This document shows, one piece after another, positions 60,703 through 64,000 of a stretch of DNA of 64,000 nucleotides (position 1 is the first letter of the stretch; each line of letters starts with the position of its first letter). The position numbers and the translations under genes were made by a program. Origin of the DNA: Alphaproteobacteria bacterium. Its GTDB lineage: Bacteria > Pseudomonadota > Alphaproteobacteria > UBA2966. Below the pieces are notes generated by a model. That model was not told the DNA's origin, searched no databases, and saw only the letters and a program-made list of their open reading frames with translations. The stretch lies in contig OZ219856.1 in assembly GCA_964291395.2 (NCBI GenBank), positions 192,001 through 256,000 on the forward strand, written 5' to 3'.

Positions 60703-63452
60703 TGACCCAACCGTTCGAGGATGGCGGGGACGTGGACCTGATCCGCCTTGTAGTTGCCGGTCAACGTGTACATCACCAGGTTGACGCCGAAGCGCAGGGC
60801 CATTTCCCGCTGATGCTCGCCCCCCGGGATCACGGCGGCGATGGGCTGACCCAGGTCGTCGGTCGCCCAAGCCGCCGCCCAGTCGTGGTCACCGATGATA
60901 TATCCGGACACGCCGTCGTTGACGCCGCCGGCGTGGCGTTCCACCCAAACCCGTCCCCCGGTCCAGCGCCCGGGAAACTCCTGGATCAGGTAGAAGGCCT
61001 TGGTCAGGATATGCTGCTGCGGCACGGGTGTGAGCGGCGGGACGTCCAGCCGGTTCAACAGTCGCCGAAGGCGTCGGGTTGCCGGGCCCGGGTTGCCGCT
61101 CAGGCCGGGCGTGGCGCTGATCAACTGCCGTTCCCGAGTGTCGAACACCATCGTTCCGCCGTTCTTGGTGAAGCTGTCCACCTTGGCGATGGCGTCTTCC
61201 GACAGCATTGCCAGCTCGGGAACGACGGGCCAATAAATCATCGGGAAGTACACGAACTCATCACCTTCGGGATCGAGGCCGATGGGTTCCGCACCCTCGA
61301 ACGCGGTTCGGCGCGCCAGGATCTGGGTCAGTCCTCTCATGCCCGCGCGGCTCATCTCGTCCACTTCCGGATCGCCGGTGATCACGTAGGCGAGTCTCGT
61401 GTCCAGCGTGGCGGTCAGCGCAAAGCTGTCGTCGGCTTCCGCAGGGTTCGGAGACAGGAGCGCGCCCAGGACCAGTATGGAAAGTGACGTGGCCCCGGCG
61501 GCTGCCCGCCGGTCTCCGCCCAGCAAGCCGCGGAGCCGGAGACTGATGGCCATCTCGATCAGGATCAGCGCGACGGCGATGGCGAGCAGCAGGGGCTTGA
61601 GATCGGTCTCGCCGCTCTCCGCGAATTCCCGATAGCTCACCCCTTGCGGCAGACTCTCGATCGGATCCAGTGCCGCGATGGCGGGCCCCAAGTTGAGGGC
61701 ATGGCGGGCGCCGGGATCGCCGTAGTAACCGGGCGGCGTGCCCGGAGAGGGCACCGCCCGTCTGAACATTCCATCCGCGATGGGTTTGGCCGTTGCCGGC
61801 GGGTCGACGAGTCGTCCGAAACCGTCGAGGACCTGGAGCGGCGGAAGCGTGATGCTGTGGACATTGCTCGAAACACCTTCTGCCAGCTCGACGATTCGGC
61901 GCAGCATGTTCACGAATAACCCGGAGATCGCCAGGTTCGACCATTCGGTGTTTGCCGTGGTGTGGAACAGGACCGCCCAGCCGCGGCCCCGCCGCTCGGC
62001 CGTCACCAGCGGCGTCCCGTCGGTGAGGCGAGCCCACGTCTTGCTGCTCAGGTCCAGCGAGGGTTCGGCCAGAACCTGGCGGGCCACCAACACGTCCTCC
62101 GGAACATCCAGCCCGAAGAAGGGGCTGTTCTCCTCGAACGCGTCGAGACGCGCCGGCTGGGTCCACGTCAGGGCACCGCCCAGGATTCGGCCGCCTGTCC
62201 GCAAGGTGACGGGGATCAACGAATCGGTCTTCTCCGCCATCTTCTGGCCGGCAAACCGGACCAGGACCCCGCCTTTCTCCACCCAGTCTTCGATGGCTTT
62301 GCCGTCGGGCCCGACGACGACGCCGATGTCGGCCAGAAACATCACCGCGAGCTCGCGCTCGAGGAGTTGCGCAACGGTGCCGCTGCGCACCTCGCTGAAC
62401 GGGCTCAAGGCCCGGTCCAGGTAGAAGATGCTGGACAAGAGGGGTTGCGCGGTTTCCAGAGTGTCGCCGGAATACAGGCCAACGGGCCGCCGCCGCCAGC
62501 GCTCGTCGAGAAGTGCGACGGCACCGGCGGATTGCTCGCCCTCGATCTCGAGTCGGGCCAGCCGGTTTCGAACCTCCAGGGGGACATCGATTTCGGCGTG
62601 TGCGGTGAGTTCTCCATCGCTGAAGGTAGCGGGCAAACGCGCGAGCAACCGTCCACGCTCTCCGATACCCCGAATCCACACGCTGGCGCCGCCCAGGGAG
62701 TCCGACCTCATGACCGCGACGCCGAGGGCCTTTCGATTCTCCACCGGAGGAAGCAGGACACGCACCCGCGACGCGGTCGGCTCTCCGAGCAACTCAACCG
62801 GCCCCATGTACTGAAGGTGTTCGGTCAAGTCGTAGACTGCTTGCGCCTCGTCTGGCGTAGCCAGGATGTCATCCGTGAACCAGACGGTTTGCAGCGGCGA
62901 GGACACCTCGAGACCGTGAACCACGTCGGCGGCGGCCAGCCGATCGACCGGCCAGGGCTTTGGGCGCAAGGCCTGGACCAGGCGGCGTGCGTCGACGGCG
63001 GAGAGAACGTCGCTCGCCCGAAGCGGTCCCTCGTCCTCGGGAGGAGCCGTGGTCACGACGACGACGGGCCGTTCCAGCCGTTCCGCTTCGTCCAGGACGT
63101 CGGAAATCGCCTGCATGCGACGCTGCCAGCGGGGCGCTGACGCCCATCCGTCATCGACGATCAGCAACAAGGTACCTCGGTCGGCAAGCCGGGTGCCCGG
63201 ATTCAGAATGGGATGCGCGAGAGCCAGGATCACCAGCGCCGCGATGAGCAGTCGCAGCAACAGCAGCCACCAGGGCGTTCGGGCGGGCGTCTCCTCGCGC
63301 GCGCGCAATCCCGACAACAGGCTGACCGCGGGAAAGTTCACGTAGCGGGGCGCCGGCGGCGTCACCCGCAGCAACCACCACAGCAATGGCAGAGCGAGCA
63401 GAGCCATGAGCAGCCACGGCGATGCGAATGCAAGAGAACCGAGTGTCAGCAT
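60699..63452 (-). CDS. BatA N-terminal double-TM + DUF4159 domain protein
   Basis: FASPWLL..PWWLLLLRL..LALAHP; C-terminal GVNLVMYTLTGNYKADQVH. Confidence 0.88.
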   Translation of the reverse strand: MLTLGSLAFASPWLLMALLALPLLWWLLRVTPPAPRYVNFPAVSLLSGLRAREETPARTPWWLLLLRLLIAALVILALAHPILNPGTRLADRGTLLLIVDDGWASAPRWQRRMQAISDVLDEAERLERPVVVVTTAPPEDEGPLRASDVLSAVDARRLVQALRPKPWPVDRLAAADVVHGLEVSSPLQTVWFTDDILATPDEAQAVYDLTEHLQYMGPVELLGEPTASRVRVLLPPVENRKALGVAVMRSDSLGGASVWIRGIGERGRLLARLPATFSDGELTAHAEIDVPLEVRNRLARLEIEGEQSAGAVALLDERWRRRPVGLYSGDTLETAQPLLSSIFYLDRALSPFSEVRSGTVAQLLERELAVMFLADIGVVVGPDGKAIEDWVEKGGVLVRFAGQKMAEKTDSLIPVTLRTGGRILGGALTWTQPARLDAFEENSPFFGLDVPEDVLVARQVLAEPSLDLSSKTWARLTDGTPLVTAERRGRGWAVLFHTTANTEWSNLAISGLFVNMLRRIVELAEGVSSNVHSITLPPLQVLDGFGRLVDPPATAKPIADGMFRRAVPSPGTPPGYYGDPGARHALNLGPAIAALDPIESLPQGVSYREFAESGETDLKPLLLAIAVALILIEMAISLRLRGLLGGDRRAAAGATSLSILVLGALLSPNPAEADDSFALTATLDTRLAYVITGDPEVDEMSRAGMRGLTQILARRTAFEGAEPIGLDPEGDEFVYFPMIYWPVVPELAMLSEDAIAKVDSFTKNGGTMVFDTRERQLISATPGLSGNPGPATRRLRRLLNRLDVPPLTPVPQQHILTKAFYLIQEFPGRWTGGRVWVERHAGGVNDGVSGYIIGDHDWAAAWATDDLGQPIAAVIPGGEHQREMALRFGVNLVMYTLTGNYKADQVHVPAILERLGQ

Positions 63453-63470
63453 TCCGCGATCGTGCCCCGG

Positions 63471-64000
63471 CTACCCGAGCTCATCCGAGAGGGCTTGGTA
63501 CAGGGCCAGCAAGGATGTTTGCGGCGGACGGTCCGTGCGGTGGCTCGCGAAGGTCCATCCGATGGAACGCGAGAGATCGACGAGCGCGGCCTGTCGCGCG
63601 GCAAAACGCTCATCGTAGGCGAGCTTCACGCTCTCGACACGGCTGATGGTGCAGGCTTCCTCGCCTTCCAGCCCATGAAATCGAGTGCGTCCCTTGAAGG
63701 GCAGATCCTCTTCCGCCGGGTCCACGATTTGCAGCAGATGGCCTTTGACGCCGCGGCTCGCGTAGAGCTTGAGCAGGGTTTCCAGCTCTTCGATGGGCGA
63801 GAGGAAATCCCCGATCAGGACGAGTTGGGCGTATCGCGGCAGCAGTTCGCTCGGTGGCAGGCTGGAGTCGTGCGCATGATCCGTCGCGTCCTGGTGGAGA
63901 GCGGCGGCGAGGCGGTCGAGCGTGCCGCGGCCGGTCGTTGGCGTCCGGTCGAAACCCAGCAGTGCCGTGAACTCTCCGGCCCGGACCAGCAAAGCCGCAG
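63471..64000 (-). CDS. DUF58 family protein, 3' part (runs off window end)
   Basis: LIGDFL, QIVDPAEE.LPF.GR; typical position upstream of BatA/DUF4159 in MoxR operons. Confidence 0.8.
   Translation of the reverse strand, partial: AALLVRAGEFTALLGFDRTPTTGRGTLDRLAAALHQDATDHAHDSSLPPSELLPRYAQLVLIGDFLSPIEELETLLKLYASRGVKGHLLQIVDPAEEDLPFKGRTRFHGLEGEEACTISRVESVKLAYDERFAARQAALVDLSRSIGWTFASHRTDRPPQTSLLALYQALSDELG

Overview
GC-rich bacterial chromosomal window, most consistent with an alphaproteobacterium (inference from gene content). It is mostly catabolic and housekeeping genes: def, glnS, gmhA, an AceE-like E1, two hydantoinase/oxoprolinase systems, a TRAP transporter, GSTs, SDRs, a sulfatase, the end of a DUF58/BatA-DUF4159 operon, tRNA-Glu(CUC) and tRNA-Gln(UUG). 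Highlights: (1) a heme-copper oxidase operon behind a perfect FNR-type box, whose subunit I has Gln in place of the active-site Tyr (eNOR-type NO reductase), with a cytochrome b/2x[4Fe-4S]/MvhD fusion and a hemerythrin; (2) an Fe/2OG dioxygenase overlapping an SHMT paralogue with alpha-methylserine hydroxymethyltransferase-type substitutions, a possible new 2-aminoisobutyrate catabolic route; (3) an autotransporter with a Cache-domain passenger; (4) a lower-GC HD dNTPase-like plus YwgA/Panacea-like gene pair with an apparent frameshift; (5) a decayed integration site at tRNA-Glu with repeated tRNA 3' ends, an IHF site and a hicB relic. This site contains 54 bp that encode, in different codons, peptides matching GlnS and the SHMT paralogue of this same window. 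All calls come from reading motifs by eye; no searches were run.
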